64,000 bases of DNA from Lama guanicoe (lineage: Eukaryota). Shown here piece after piece: positions 1 to 11,900 of this stretch (the stretch's first letter is position 1; each line of letters starts with the position of its first letter). The notes below the pieces were generated by a model. The model was not told where the DNA came from, did not search any database, and saw only the letters and a program-made list of their open reading frames with translations. The position numbers and the translations under genes were made by a program. The stretch is taken from positions 13,796,974-13,860,973 of the forward strand of contig MU054187.1 in NCBI GenBank assembly GCA_013239625.1, read 5' to 3'.

Positions 1-939
1 AGAGAAAACTTGCAGGAAGGAAATTTAAACAAACTTTTCTCTCATGTTCCCAGCAATTTGAAATTGGCTGAATTGGGACAACCCAAAATAACCTTTGTTT
101 GTCTGTAGGTTATATTGCTTTGAACATCTGGGGAAAGAATGGCCCTTCATTCATTGAAACGTGTGCAGTGAATAAATAGTGATAACATTATGATCAGCAA
201 CCTAAATTTATGTGTAAAATGCCATGTTCTTTCAAAGTGGATTTTGTGTTGTACATGAACCAGTTGTTTTCATACCCCAAAAACAATCATTCATACCAGA
301 AATTTAATTACCTGTGTGTACCATAACTGTGCCAACCACATTAAACCCTGGTTTTTTAAAATCACACACCCCTTTCTCTTCAGCCAAATGCTATCTGGAA
401 ATGAAATGTTTTTTTGTTTTGTTTTATTTTTTTTTGCAGTGAATTATACTGCTTGATGATATTTTCTGATTTCTTGCCAGATTTCTATCTATACCATTTA
501 GTCAGTTTGGCCAGTCCTGATGGTACAGGTTGGAATCTTTATAACAAAAGGAAAGGAAGCAAGAGATGAAAAGGTGTTTGACTGGCAGTGTAATATGTTG
601 GTGCCACACACTGGACCCTGAAAATAATAATACCATTGCTCCTACAGCATTAGGACAAGCTTTGCACAATTGGAGGCTGCCATATTAGAAACCACACGTT
701 TGTCTAAAGAACACACACGTAGCCTTTGACTAGAATGTCACTAGCAGTACCCTGGATTTAAAGCAGAGTCGTCACTATCTGTTAAATGTGTGTCAAGCAT
801 TTGTGTGGGTCTCTGACTGTATTAGCAAACAATCCTATCAAGATTTGTTGAGTGTTTTCCCCATGCCAGGCACTCACGGATCTGTTCATTTCCATTCTCT
901 CAAGGAGTCCTTGGCAGAAGCCTGTGAGCTTCTTTCTCT

Positions 940-1040
940 TGCTCTACAAATAAAGAAACAGATATCTAGAGGAATTAAACAGCTTGATCAAAAGAAATGA
1001 AAGTCAAGACTGAAATCCAAGTCAGCCGCCCCCAAGTCTA
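940..1040 (-). mobile_element. MIR SINE fragment
   Basis: tacaaataaagaaacagatatctagaggaattaaacagcttg resembles the reverse of the MIR core. Confidence 0.5.
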
Positions 1041-2837
1041 GCAATAGACTTGTTGCTCCACCAGTAGGTCTGGAGCCTGTGCTGAAGGGATTGCGATAGG
1101 AATGCCCCAGATTGCAGTAGAGAAAAGGAAATGGTGCCAGCATTTCCTCTATACTCATCTTATTAGAAATTAGAGACGTTGTATTTGTGATCTTTGCAGA
1201 ATATAATTGAGTCACGGCACCAGGATGAGATCCATTGCTGATGAGCACTTGGAAGAACCTAATCGGTACCACACCTGTATTGACTGAGTCTCACGTGCAG
1301 TGATGCAGAATCCTGGAGCTCATCTCCCACCTCAGAACCACGTCTTGTGGAGGCAGGGATTCACCCCCAGCACTTAACGATTCACGTGCAGGGTACATAT
1401 GCCAGATCTCTGCCGTGTGCCACTTTACCAGTGCCTTGTCATAGATTATATGTCCTGTGGTTGGGATATGCCCCATCCGAAGGAGCCCCAAGCTGCTCCT
1501 GGACTCTTCATATGAGCAGCTGCAAGATGGCAGTAGTACATTTTATGCTTTCAAAGGCATCATTATATATAAATATATAATGTATCTCACAACATCAATT
1601 CTGTCTTCACGAAGCCTAGTAACACAGCTGCCGTCTTCCTCCACTGCTGAAGGCAGCCCCAGAGAAAGTATTATATATAGTTCACTTTGATTCACTTGGC
1701 TCAGCTCGTAGTGATATCAGAGCTTCTGGGCTGTTATTTCAGAGGAGCTTATGGGTGGCCGTGTTCAGCTGGCACTTCAGATGGGACACGGGACAGCTCT
1801 GTCAGCTAAACTGCCTGGTGATCTCTAAATGGAACCAAATTATGTCCCGATGCTTCCACTTGCCAGCCCTAAGCACTCATGAATTGAACCACACCTACTT
1901 GAAGCTGAAACTCCAAGTGGAAATAGCAACAGTTCTCCTGCCTTTATCAGTTTTAGATACTGATCCATCAATGATGTCACCTTGATTAATAGATGACAGA
2001 GGGCCTTGAGGAGACTTTGCAACTATTGTCATTGATATTCAATACGTATCCTGTTCTACAAATTGGTATGTTAGGCCCTCTGAAATGTCAACTATTGTCA
2101 TCTTTTTCTCTTCTTTAGCTTTTTCATTAATGTTGACAGCAGAATTTATCCCCTTCATTTGAAAGCAGATGAAAGATTTATCAGGTTGAATTAGGGAGTG
2201 TTTTTTGAGATGTGAATTATATTTTTACTATTTTTCTAGGTATATATAAATTTAATATAACCTGATATAGATCTATCAGAAATGTTTGTATGTTAAAATT
2301 ACACAATATATTCAAATATATATGTCAAATACATTATACATTAATATTGCTATTTGAATAACATTGTCTTTTTTCTGCATTTTTGGTTGTTATTTAGTGC
2401 TTAATGTTTAATAATGCAGATATTATAAGAAGTATAATTAAGAGATATATATTTTTCCCAAAGTCTTAATTTCTTATGAGGAAATACAGTGATAGTATTC
2501 CAGCATCTCTTTGTTTGCATGACGAAAGTCAGAAATAAATACTATTTAGACAGAGGTTATACTTCCCAAAAAAATTAGATTAAAAAGTAATTTTTGAGCT
2601 CTCCAATTGGCACTCTTATCTTTTTTGTTTATTACACATTCTCCAGTGAACCTCACTGGACTAGGTGATTAAGAATCAGGCAAGATTCCCCCACTTTGGC
2701 ACCTCCAGTGAAGATCCAAACAGCAAGTCCAACTGAGTTCTACATTTTAATTAGTAATCCTTTTATTTTTTACACTTGAGAGTGGTCATAATAAAGGCTG
2801 GCATTAATAAACTTAGGTTCTACCTTAAAAAAAAAGT

Positions 2838-3770
2838 AATTCTGTATTCAGCCTTAAAAGGAGGAAATTCAGATACATGCTACACCACAGATGGACCTCA
2901 AGGACATTATGCTAAATGAAACAAGACACACAACAAAAGGACAAATATATGATTCCATTTCACTCATATGAGGTCCCTTGAGTAGGCAAATTCATGACGA
3001 CAAAGTAGAATGGTGGTTTCTGTCGGGGAGGAAGAAATTTCCCTCTACCCTTCTAGCTCTTCTGGCTGGTCTAAGAATTAAATTGACAGGAGACAGATTA
3101 ACAGGAGAAAGTCAAACAAAAGTTTAATAACATGTAAACGTGGGAGAGACTCAGAAAAACTGAGTAACTCCCCAGAATGGCTGAAGCCTTCACCTTGAGT
3201 GTCATCTTCAGCTAAAGACAAAAGAGGATGTTTCGGATAGTGGCTTGGGACATCAAAAAGGAGGAAGGCCATTCACATGAAGATGAAAAAGCAAATGTTT
3301 GGTGAACCAATGTTTGCTGGGCTGTGCAGAGACAATGGGAAACAGAGCAGACTGCGATCTCCAGGTCCTGCCTAGAGTTTTCGCCTCACACCTCGCCCAC
3401 ATTCTTGTAGATTTCTTTAGTGATAGCTCTTTTCTTGGAATAGGCTGTTTATCTAAAACTTCCTGAGTCTCTTCTGTTTCTTAATAACAATCAGGCTAAA
3501 TTAATCCTCTTAACTAAGAGACACATTTTGGGGTGGCACATTTTGCTCCCTTATATCATCAAGGACTGGCAGGGGTGGGAGGGGAATGGAAGTTGGTGTT
3601 TAATGGGTGTGGAGTTTCAGTTTGGAGTGTTGACAAAGCTCTAGAAATGGATGGTGGTGATGGCTACACAACAGTGTGAATGTACTTAATGCCGCTGAAT
3701 TGTACACATAAAAATGGTTAAAGTAGTAAATTTTATGTTATGTGTGTTGCACCACAATAATAAAAAAAAA
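2838..3770 (+). mobile_element. L1 (L1MB-like) 3' end, split by an LTR insertion at 3021-3556
   Basis: L1MB 3'UTR motifs (tattcagccttaaaagg..., gacattatgctaaatgaa, gatggtggtgatgg..aatgtacttaatgcc..tgtacac, aaattttatgttatg) ending in an A-rich tail at ~3770. Confidence 0.88.
3021..3556 (-). mobile_element. Solo ERV1 LTR (MER34/MER39-like)
   Basis: Begins tgt at 3021. The reverse of the right end reads gggagcaaaatgtgccaccccaaaatgtg, like MER34-group LTR starts. Cleanly interrupts the L1 3'UTR. Confidence 0.75.
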
Positions 3771-4609
3771 GTCATCCTGGCCTGGTTTTCCTGTAACTAG
3801 AGAGTGTGATTCCCCAAGTCTTGAAGGAGTTGCAGACAAAGGCGGGGAATTTAAACAGGGGACTCAGTGCTCATTTAATAATCTATGGGTTTGTGGGATC
3901 TATCTTCCCTAACTTTGTAAAAGTTAGTGCAAGAGTTGGGAAAATGGCACCTTCTGTTTACCACAGCCCTCAACAATTCTTGATAGAGATTCTGCGATTC
4001 TGAGAAAGATCACAAGGACACAAAATCATAACACATTTTTAGAAGAAAGCATTTGTTACCAGAATTTTCTAGGAAAAGTTATAGTGATTTTATTTGCTTG
4101 GCTGAAGTCCCAAAAGAAAAGGAAGTTGAGGAGCCTCGAGATCACTCAGTAAATACAAGGAAAAGCTAAAAATGGACCCAAGGATTCCCCAGTTCACCCT
4201 GCTTCTCAGTAAACACGCCTGAGTCCTTCTCTGCAGCAGCGAGGCTGTCAGGACACGTGAGAGGCTAGAAGCGTGAAGAGAACCTTCCACATCTTAAAAT
4301 AAAAACCTCTGGTGGCAAAGCACTCTCTGTTACGCACTCTGACTCTGCTCCCCAGCCCGGCATTATCTCCTGATGGAGAGGAACTTGAGGAAACAGCTTT
4401 CCTTCTTCTATTAGTCATGTGGCCATTTCTATTTGAATTCCTCCTCCTTGAATTCTTAATTGTTTGGGTCCCTTTTAATTCAGTTTTTTTCTCTTTTTCA
4501 AAAAGTGCCTTTATTAAGTTTGATAGGACTTTTTCAGTGTCACAGAAATTAATGGAAATTTTAAAATGCATTCAATATCAACAAACAGATTAGTCTTCAG
4601 TTTGCTTTA

Positions 4610-4712
4610 AACAGCACATGCGAAAGGTTTACTGCAGGGCCAAGTAAAGAGATCGGGTGGCTTGTGCTCAAGAGACCGGAACTCCACAATGGTTTTCAGG
4701 GAAAGGTTCTTT
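4610..4712 (-). mobile_element. Short ERV LTR fragment
   Basis: aggtttactgcagggccaag..gctcaagagaccggaactcc..ggttttcaggga resembles the reverse of laurasiatherian ERV1 LTRs. Confidence 0.5.
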
Positions 4713-4788
4713 GGATACTTACCAAAGATATATTCAGTGACAATTCGGTGAAGTTGCATATTTTAATGAAAAAGTAAAGGCTTGGTGC

Positions 4789-5357
4789 TGTCAAAAATAA
4801 ACAAAGCTGGACATTACTTAAAATGGTGAAAACAGATTTTATTTGCTAACCGCTGATGGTAGGGGAAAGGGCAGAGCTCCATTCTGAACTGCAAAATGCA
4901 CAGAGGCAACTGGGCCTTTTAAATGGAGGCTGAGGGAGCAGGGAGGAAGACAAGCCCAGGCTCCTGTAGAGTCAGAGTTAGGACTGTTTTCCCACGGGGA
5001 CCAAGGCCTTAGCTCTCCTAATGATTCCATTTCAAAGGAATCCAGGTCCTGGAGAGAAAGATGCTCTTTTGAGTGTGTTGATGATACATCTCAAAGGAAT
5101 AGAAGAAGGATTCACAATTGTTAAGTCCTTTTTAATAAATCCTCTAAGAAAGGGCTGGCAGGGTCTTCTCAGGTGTTGGCTAGGAGAAACAGTAAATCCT
5201 TTTGATAGCCTTGAGCTTTTCTAGGCAGGAAGTCACAAGGGAACTGGGTCATCCAGGGACACCACCTTGGGCTGTGAGAAGCCACAAGTTTAGTCAAATA
5301 TCTTAGTGCAGGAGTTTGAATGGAGTGTTTGTGCCCGACAGGTTTTGTAGTCCACAG
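4789..5357 (-). mobile_element. Solo ERV1 LTR (MER31/MER67-like)
   Basis: tgtcaaaaataaacaaagctggac..aaaacagattttatt..aggggaaag start and gatacatctcaaagg motif, typical of the reverse of this LTR group. Confidence 0.65.
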
Positions 5358-7284
5358 TTCTAATGATACTACGTCTCAGTAGAAAAGATGTTATTTCTCT
5401 ATAGAAAAGAACATAGTATCTGATTTGGAGGGGGCAACCAAAAGCTTGATTCTGAGCTCTGCTTTAGTTCTTCAGGATCTAAATGTGAGAATTGTGAATG
5501 AGGTTTGACCTGGCTTTGATAAACACCTTGCCAGTGGTCGCTTGTGTTTGGGCCAAGATATTTGTAGTTTAGGATAAAAGGAATAAGAAATAGCTTTTAA
5601 ACTACACAGTAATATTTTTGCATCAGAAGCATGAGAAATTTCACTAGATTCAGTGGAAATTTCAGAAGATTCATGCACAATGCATGTTTTAATGTATTTT
5701 TTCAGTAAAGTATTAACAAATTAGTGTTAATGAATGGATGTTCGTTAATATATTGAGTTTCTATCTTCTTTTATTCTGGCTTGTGTATTTTCCTGGTTAA
5801 GTACAGAATACCTAAGATATATTAGTCTAGAGAAATCTATGTGAAATAATGCATATCAGAGAAGGAGAGAGAAAAATTGCTGATTCGGAAATGACGTCTG
5901 TCTAAATAGCTTTTATAAGCAAAGAGAAGATTATATTACTCACCAGACCAAGTAGTCATACCTAAGAGCCCATAGAAAATATCTGCATAGTAGGCATTCA
6001 CTTCATAGGAAATATGTTTGCGACTAAGTTAATTTGACATTGTCTCTCCTATGAAATTTTTCATTGTGCAAGGTTTTTTAAATTTTTTTGCATTGTTTAC
6101 TTTTCTTGTCTTTATAAATATGTGCATAATACAAAACTATGTCTGCTGTGTTTTTCTGTTGAAGACATTTTTTCTTATCTACCTTTAAAAGAGCCTTTCA
6201 TCATATCTGATAGACTAAGAATATGTTTTTCCTTATTATTCCTCTGTATTTCACAGAATGGAATAAATAGTGCTTATTTTGACATCTCACTCATAGTTTC
6301 CAGAGCTATACTGTGCCAGATTTATGGATTTATGTTTGTATTTCTAAGTTTTTCATTACTAAGAGCCTGTTGTTTGTCTTGTTCTGAACTTTTCTGAGGG
6401 AGATACTGAAACACCAGCTCTCGCTGACTTTGAAGGATTTGATATCATTCAGTTTGCCAGGGGGAGACTGGAGGATGAGTCATGGGCTCTTTAAAAGTGT
6501 TTTCCACTAATCCACGCCAATAGATGCTTCAGTGATGGACATGTGAGATCAAATGGGTCAAGTGGCATATTGTGAAAATCTTCCCAGGCCTCTGTCGTGG
6601 ACAGAGATCCCATTAAAGTCTCAGCAAACCTCTAAGCACAGTGATCTTTTCTGATTCTGAACAATTCCAAATATCACATCCAATAAAGTGATTAACAGAG
6701 CCACCTGGAGTGACTCCAGTGGGGGCAGATCATTAAATTGCATCTGAAGGAATGGCATCTGCAGCTCACTGGACAGGCGGTGCTTCCAATAGTGGCAAGT
6801 CTGTTCTTGATTAGTTGACAATGAGAAGGCAGTGAACTTGCAGGGAGGGGCTAGGTAAAAGTGGTCCAGGGTTCTCACCCACTTGATGGTACCATGGATC
6901 ATAAATTAGTAAAGAGTCAAAGGAAAAACAATACCTAGAAATAGTTAAACTAAAGTAGTCACATACATATTTAATTCTTTAAATAAAATATATTTTTCGT
7001 TGAGGGAAAAATAGATAACATCCTGTAGCCATTTTATGGCCCCTGCCTGTAAATTGCTTTAACATACAGCCTGCTTTTATTTTCACAAGTCTATTCAACC
7101 AGTGATTCTAGATTTCTTGGCTACCTTAGACACTTCTCTAAAATCCAAACCTGGGACTTCAGTCTGCTTGGTACTTCAATATTATCCTCTAGCTCCCACC
7201 TAGTGGCTCCCTTTTTCTAATTACTCTACCCCTGCCCACTTGCTCTTACTTAAAATAAAAAGAGACAGGAAGTAACACTGAAAG

Positions 7285-7410
7285 AGCTCTGGCTTTGAGT
7301 TAGGCGCTTTCAATATATTTTCTCCTTTAATCTTTGCAACAATCTTCAATTTACTGATGAGGAAAATAAGGCCAGAGAGGTTAAGTAACTTGCTCAAACT
7401 CATATTGTCA
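7285..7410 (-). mobile_element. MIR SINE
   Basis: gatgaggaaaataaggccagagaggttaagtaacttgctcaa is the reverse MIR core. Confidence 0.8.
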
Positions 7411-7526
7411 GCCTCCATCAGAGCCAGGGATCACCACCAGACAGGTCCTTCTGATGCCACCTGGGCAACCTGCAGTCCAAGGTCTTGTCACCAGTTGAGT
7501 CACTCACTGATGAATGAGTGTATCTG

Positions 7527-7795
7527 TGACAGTCTGCTTGGAAAAAAAAAAAAAGCAGAATCGGTATTTATAGAGTATTTTTTGTTGGTTATTTTTAAGG
7601 GAGAAGTCAAAATTTATCGTACTTTCTAAAGAATTTACCTGTCAGTGTCTCTGAGCTCTATGACAGTCTGCTTGGAAAAAAAAAAAAAAAGCAGAATCGG
7701 TATTTATAGAGTATTTTTTGTTGGTTATTTTTAAGGGAGAAGTCAAAATTTATCGTACTTTCTAAAGAATTTACCTGTCAGTGTCTCTGAGCTCT
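7527..7795. repeat. Near-perfect tandem duplication (133 bp + 135 bp)
   Basis: 7527-7659 and 7661-7795 are identical except A13 versus A15 in the homopolymer. Confidence 0.97.
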
Positions 7796-9588
7796 GATGA
7801 AAACATAGAAATAAAGACACAGATGTAGAGATTCCCGCCCCACCCCCATCCACCAGTTAAAAAAATGACTCAATCTCCCCAGAGACACTTATATTTACTC
7901 CTTGGCAGCCAAGTCCTGTTTAGTAGACTGATACATTTGAGAATGTCAAGATAGCGTAGGTGTCAAAACTGACATTAATTTTCCAAACACTTGAATTACC
8001 GTGTCACAGGCCTGTGGGAAGCATTGGAAAAATGTCTTTACCTGTTTCTGCAGCCTTCATTGAGAAAACTTCAGTGAAGAGAGTCTAGGGAATGAGGAAA
8101 AGATCGGACAGGAGCCTGGTGGCTTTCTTCCAGTATAAACAGGCTCAGATTTTCACCCATGAGACAATTGTGCATCATCTTTCATTTTCTACAAGCCTTA
8201 TAAAAATAATTATATTAAAAAGTTTCTGTTTCTATTAATATCCAGTTTGACCTATGGTTGATTAAAGTTATGATTTCCGTAAGTAAGTAATTTTTTCAGT
8301 AAGGGTGGCTACTTGGACAAAGGAATAATAAACAATTTTCTCTTGGGAATTCTTTCAAAAGTTGCATTTCAGTTGACATGGTGTTGGATAACAAAGGCAG
8401 CGGGAAGTGGAATTATGGATTTGAAGTACTTACCATCCAACACTAAAACAACTCATTAAACCCCTACTGTTCAAGATTACTTAACATTAACATCCACAGA
8501 GACTTCCTAACCCCAAAGTCAATGAAGGCAGCCCTGAGCCACACAAACCAGTGATAAGAGGCCCAGCGGTGACTTGGCTCTAGGCCCAGATGTGGTTCGT
8601 CTTCTATAAATTTTACCAGATAATCGTAGTCAATTACAAGCACTTTCTGAAAAATGCTTTTATTTTTAATTTGGGCACTCGATCCACGTCCAGTCCACCC
8701 AGTCACTCTTACACTATTAGGGAGGGAAAGGTAATAACAATTTATTACATAATTTCAAGATATAATCATTCTAGAGAAGAGTTTATCAGACATTAACCCC
8801 TAATTTAGTATATACAGCTCAGTCTCTCTACATCTCAAAGGTAACAGGAAGAAGTAATCCTTGAGTCCATGGCTGCCCCCACAAACAATCAGAAGGGCAT
8901 TACCCTGTTTGCCCCATCTTGGTAAATTATATCACTCAGTGACTCAAATCAAAAGTCATGTGTCATGCTTGAATCTTCCCTCTCTCTCTCCCAATGGCAG
9001 CAAGTCCATCAGTTTCTACCATAATCTACTTTGAATTTGACCTTTCTCAGGATCTTCTCACCACTGGCCCAAGGACCAACCATCATTAGCCCTCGTGAAA
9101 ATTTTTAAAAGGCATCCCTTTCTCAAGACACAGCAATCTGTTGGAATACTGCTCTTCTATACTGTTTTTCTCCAAAGAGGACAACACCATGCCCGTCTGC
9201 CGGAACGCTCTCGTAGCAAACATACAAGCCCATGAAGTTTGCGCTGTGAGTGGCACCCCTGAGGTTGTGCTGTGCAAAGCCGACAGAATCTTGTATGGCA
9301 GCCTTGAGTCAGGCAACCATCCTCTGATGTCTCGACTTCTGCAAGAGCTGTCTAACTGTCCTGCTTCCTCTCTGGCCCTCCTGCTATGGTCATTTTTTTT
9401 TCTCACAGAGCATCTAGAATGATCTTTTTAAAATCAGACATTAAATCATGTCCCTCCCCTTCTCAGAACCTTCCGATAGCTTCCATTTACACTCAAAATA
9501 CAATTCAAACTCCCTTCCATAGCCCACAAATCTTTTCTCTAGTCTTTCCTACCACCTCTTAGGCTGTAAATGTATCAGTCGATGCTGG

Positions 9589-9669
9589 CAGGGCTTAATA
9601 ACTGGCATCTGTTCTGACTGGTGGGTACCTTATCAGGTCAGCCATTAAATATTTTGAGTATTTACCCTG
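9589..9669. mobile_element. Probable hAT MITE remnant (MER63-like)
   Basis: Imperfect terminal inverted repeats cagggcttaata ... tatttaccctg and the motif ttaaatattttgagta. Confidence 0.4.
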
Positions 9670-9724
9670 ATTACCTCTTTCAACTCCGCCTCTTGGCTCC
9701 AGCCACTCTGGTTTTCCTGGAACA

Positions 9725-10168
9725 TATCACCATTACCTAGGGCCGCCTTAAGAAATCACCACAAAGCGGGTGGCTTAAAATAACAGAAATTTATTCTCTC
9801 ACAGTTGTGGAGGCAAGAAATCTGAAGTCAAGATGTCCTCAGAGTTGTGCCTTCTAGAGGCAATGAGGGAGAGTCCGTCCCATTCTCTCTCCTAGCTTCT
9901 GGTGAACGTTGGCAGTCCTCGGTGCTCCTTGGCTTATAGCTGCGTGACTCCAGTCTCTGCCTCTGCCTTCTCTTCTTCCCTCTTCTCTCTGTGTCTGTTT
10001 CCCCTTTTCTTCTGAGGGCTTGTCATTGGACTTAGGGCCCACCCTAACACAGGATAATCTCAAGAGCGTTTACTTGCTTTCATCAGCAAAGACACTTATT
10101 CCAAGTAAGTTCATATTCTAAGGTTCCCGGTGGACATAAACTTTGGAGCACCACTATTGAAACCACTG
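9725..10168 (-). mobile_element. MLT1 (ERVL-MaLR) LTR
   Basis: ggtggcttaaaataacagaaatttattctctcacagtt..ggaggc..aagtcaagatgtc and cattggacttagggcccaccctaa are diagnostic of MLT1B/C/D. Confidence 0.88.
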
Positions 10169-10495
10169 TTCTTTCTAACAGTTTTGCATATGCAGTTTCT
10201 TCTTGAAAATTTTGTCACTTTGCAGACATGGCATTGCTCCTTCACTTTATCCATTTCTTCTCAAGTAATGATTTCTCATAGAGGCCTTCTTTGACTGCCC
10301 CATCTAAAATAGCATCTCCCCCACCATTTCTTTTGATTCTCTTATTCTGCTTTTATTGTTCTTTGTGGCCCTTTAATACCATCTGCCATTTCATTGTGTA
10401 TTGTTTATTTTTTATTTATTGATTATTGTCCTCACTAAAATGTATGCTCTGTGTGGTCAGGGACTTTGTCTTCTTCATCTCAGTATCACTTAGGA

Positions 10496-10706
10496 CTGGA
10501 GTCAGCAAACTATGTCCCACCAGCTACATCTGGCCTGCCACCTATTTTTATAAGTAAAGTTTTATTGGAGCACAGTCAAGCCCATATGTCTAATGTTGTC
10601 TATGACCACCTTTGTGCTATAACAGGAAAGGTTAAATAGAAGTCATGATAGAGACATACGGCCCACAAAACCAAAAATGTCTGCTATCTGGCCCTTTAAG
10701 GAAAAT
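10496..10706 (+). mobile_element. MER58A (hAT-Charlie MITE)
   Basis: gtcagcaaactatg..taaagttttattggagcacag..ggcccacaaaacc..tatctggccctttaagg follows the MER58A consensus. Confidence 0.88.
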
Positions 10707-11599
10707 GACATGTGCATGGCAAGTGTGTCCGGGTTATTGTATTTGTTAATTTACATTGTAAAGAGTTACTTCTAAACCCAGAAATTTAATTTGGTCTTAG
10801 GATTGACACCCTGAAGAAGAAGATCCCTGGGTTCTTTTTTTCCCCTAATTTAGAATAATTTATAAATGCTAATTTGGGTGCTTAAAAGAGGAAGAGGAAT
10901 TCTATTAAGATAAGATTACAGAATATACTTCTTAGATCACAAATTACTTTGGAGGGTGTGCCATCTTGTTTAATTTTCATAATTACCCAATTAGGTCAGC
11001 ATTATGTTCTTTATTTCACAGCAGATAAAAATGAGGTCACCCAGGTGGTAAGAGGCAAAGCCAGGATTCCAACTGGGCTCTAGCTTTAAATTCAGGTGTC
11101 TTCCCTTTGCTTCTGTTTCACAGCAAATGTAACTATCCCCCAAAGACAGCAAATCCAGATGCTTCACTAGGGCTACTTCATGTTTCCAACAGTCTAGAGA
11201 CACATACCTCACCATGACTTCACATACCTCTCAGACTGCCCAGATCATGAGTGTTAGCTTACATTTTAGTGTAAAATTTAAAGATTAAAGATTATCAGCT
11301 ACCTCAGAGCATAAATAATGCTATATATTTTTGTATCCCCACAGTATCTGAAAAAGTGCAAGATATAAACTGAGATAAGTAATCAATACGTAGTAAATGT
11401 AATTGAATTCTGATATCCAATACAAAATAAAAAGAGGTGCTACTTGAAGGCCTAAGTGACTTAAAATATTTCCTTGAACTCTCAAATGGTCATCTATAGG
11501 ATGGAGGGTAAGGTAATAGGCCCAGGGGAACACTAAATTGTTAATTATTAGACTCTTTGTATCATTATCTGATTTTTCAGGTTCTAAAACCATTTGCTT

Positions 11600-11900
11600 T
11601 AATAAGGAACTATTAAATGAAAAGGCAGTAAACATCAGAATGGATAGGAAAAAGAACAGTTAGTAAGTACCAATACTAACTTGAAAAATTCTCCAAGAAC
11701 ATGGAGCAGAGCGATAAAGCAGGGAAAACTATGACAGAAAAGATGAAAGATAAGGAGGGACAGTGCGAGACATTCAATGTCTGTACAATGGGAGTTTCAG
11801 AAGGAGAAAAGGAGATAGAGTACAAACTATTATCAAACGAAGTCTTGAGTGTTGAATTGGAAAAAATTCAGGGACTATGACAGGATTCATGAGTGAAGAA
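11600..11900 (+). mobile_element. Ancient L1/HAL1 ORF1-like fragment
   Basis: Purine-rich tract with aatgggagtttcagaaggagaaaagg (IGVPEGE-like ORF1 motif). Confidence 0.5.

Larger units (their letters stand above)
8860..10490 (+). mobile_element. Fragmented L2 LINE, host to younger insertions
   Basis: L2 3' motifs (aatcatgtccctcccct, cttccatttacactc, gaggccttctttgactgcccc, cagggactttgtc), interrupted by unique sequence and by MLT1 and MITE insertions. Confidence 0.6.

Noticed and set aside
4248..4593. Basic/Ser-rich minus ORF and hydrophobic plus ORF
   Set aside because: Composition follows from purine/pyrimidine strand bias; no convincing splice sites or recognisable homology.
11581..11662. 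Exon-like segment (tttttcag| .. |gtaagt) with one open frame
   Set aside because: Runs directly into an old L1/HAL1 ORF1-like tract and is probably part of it.
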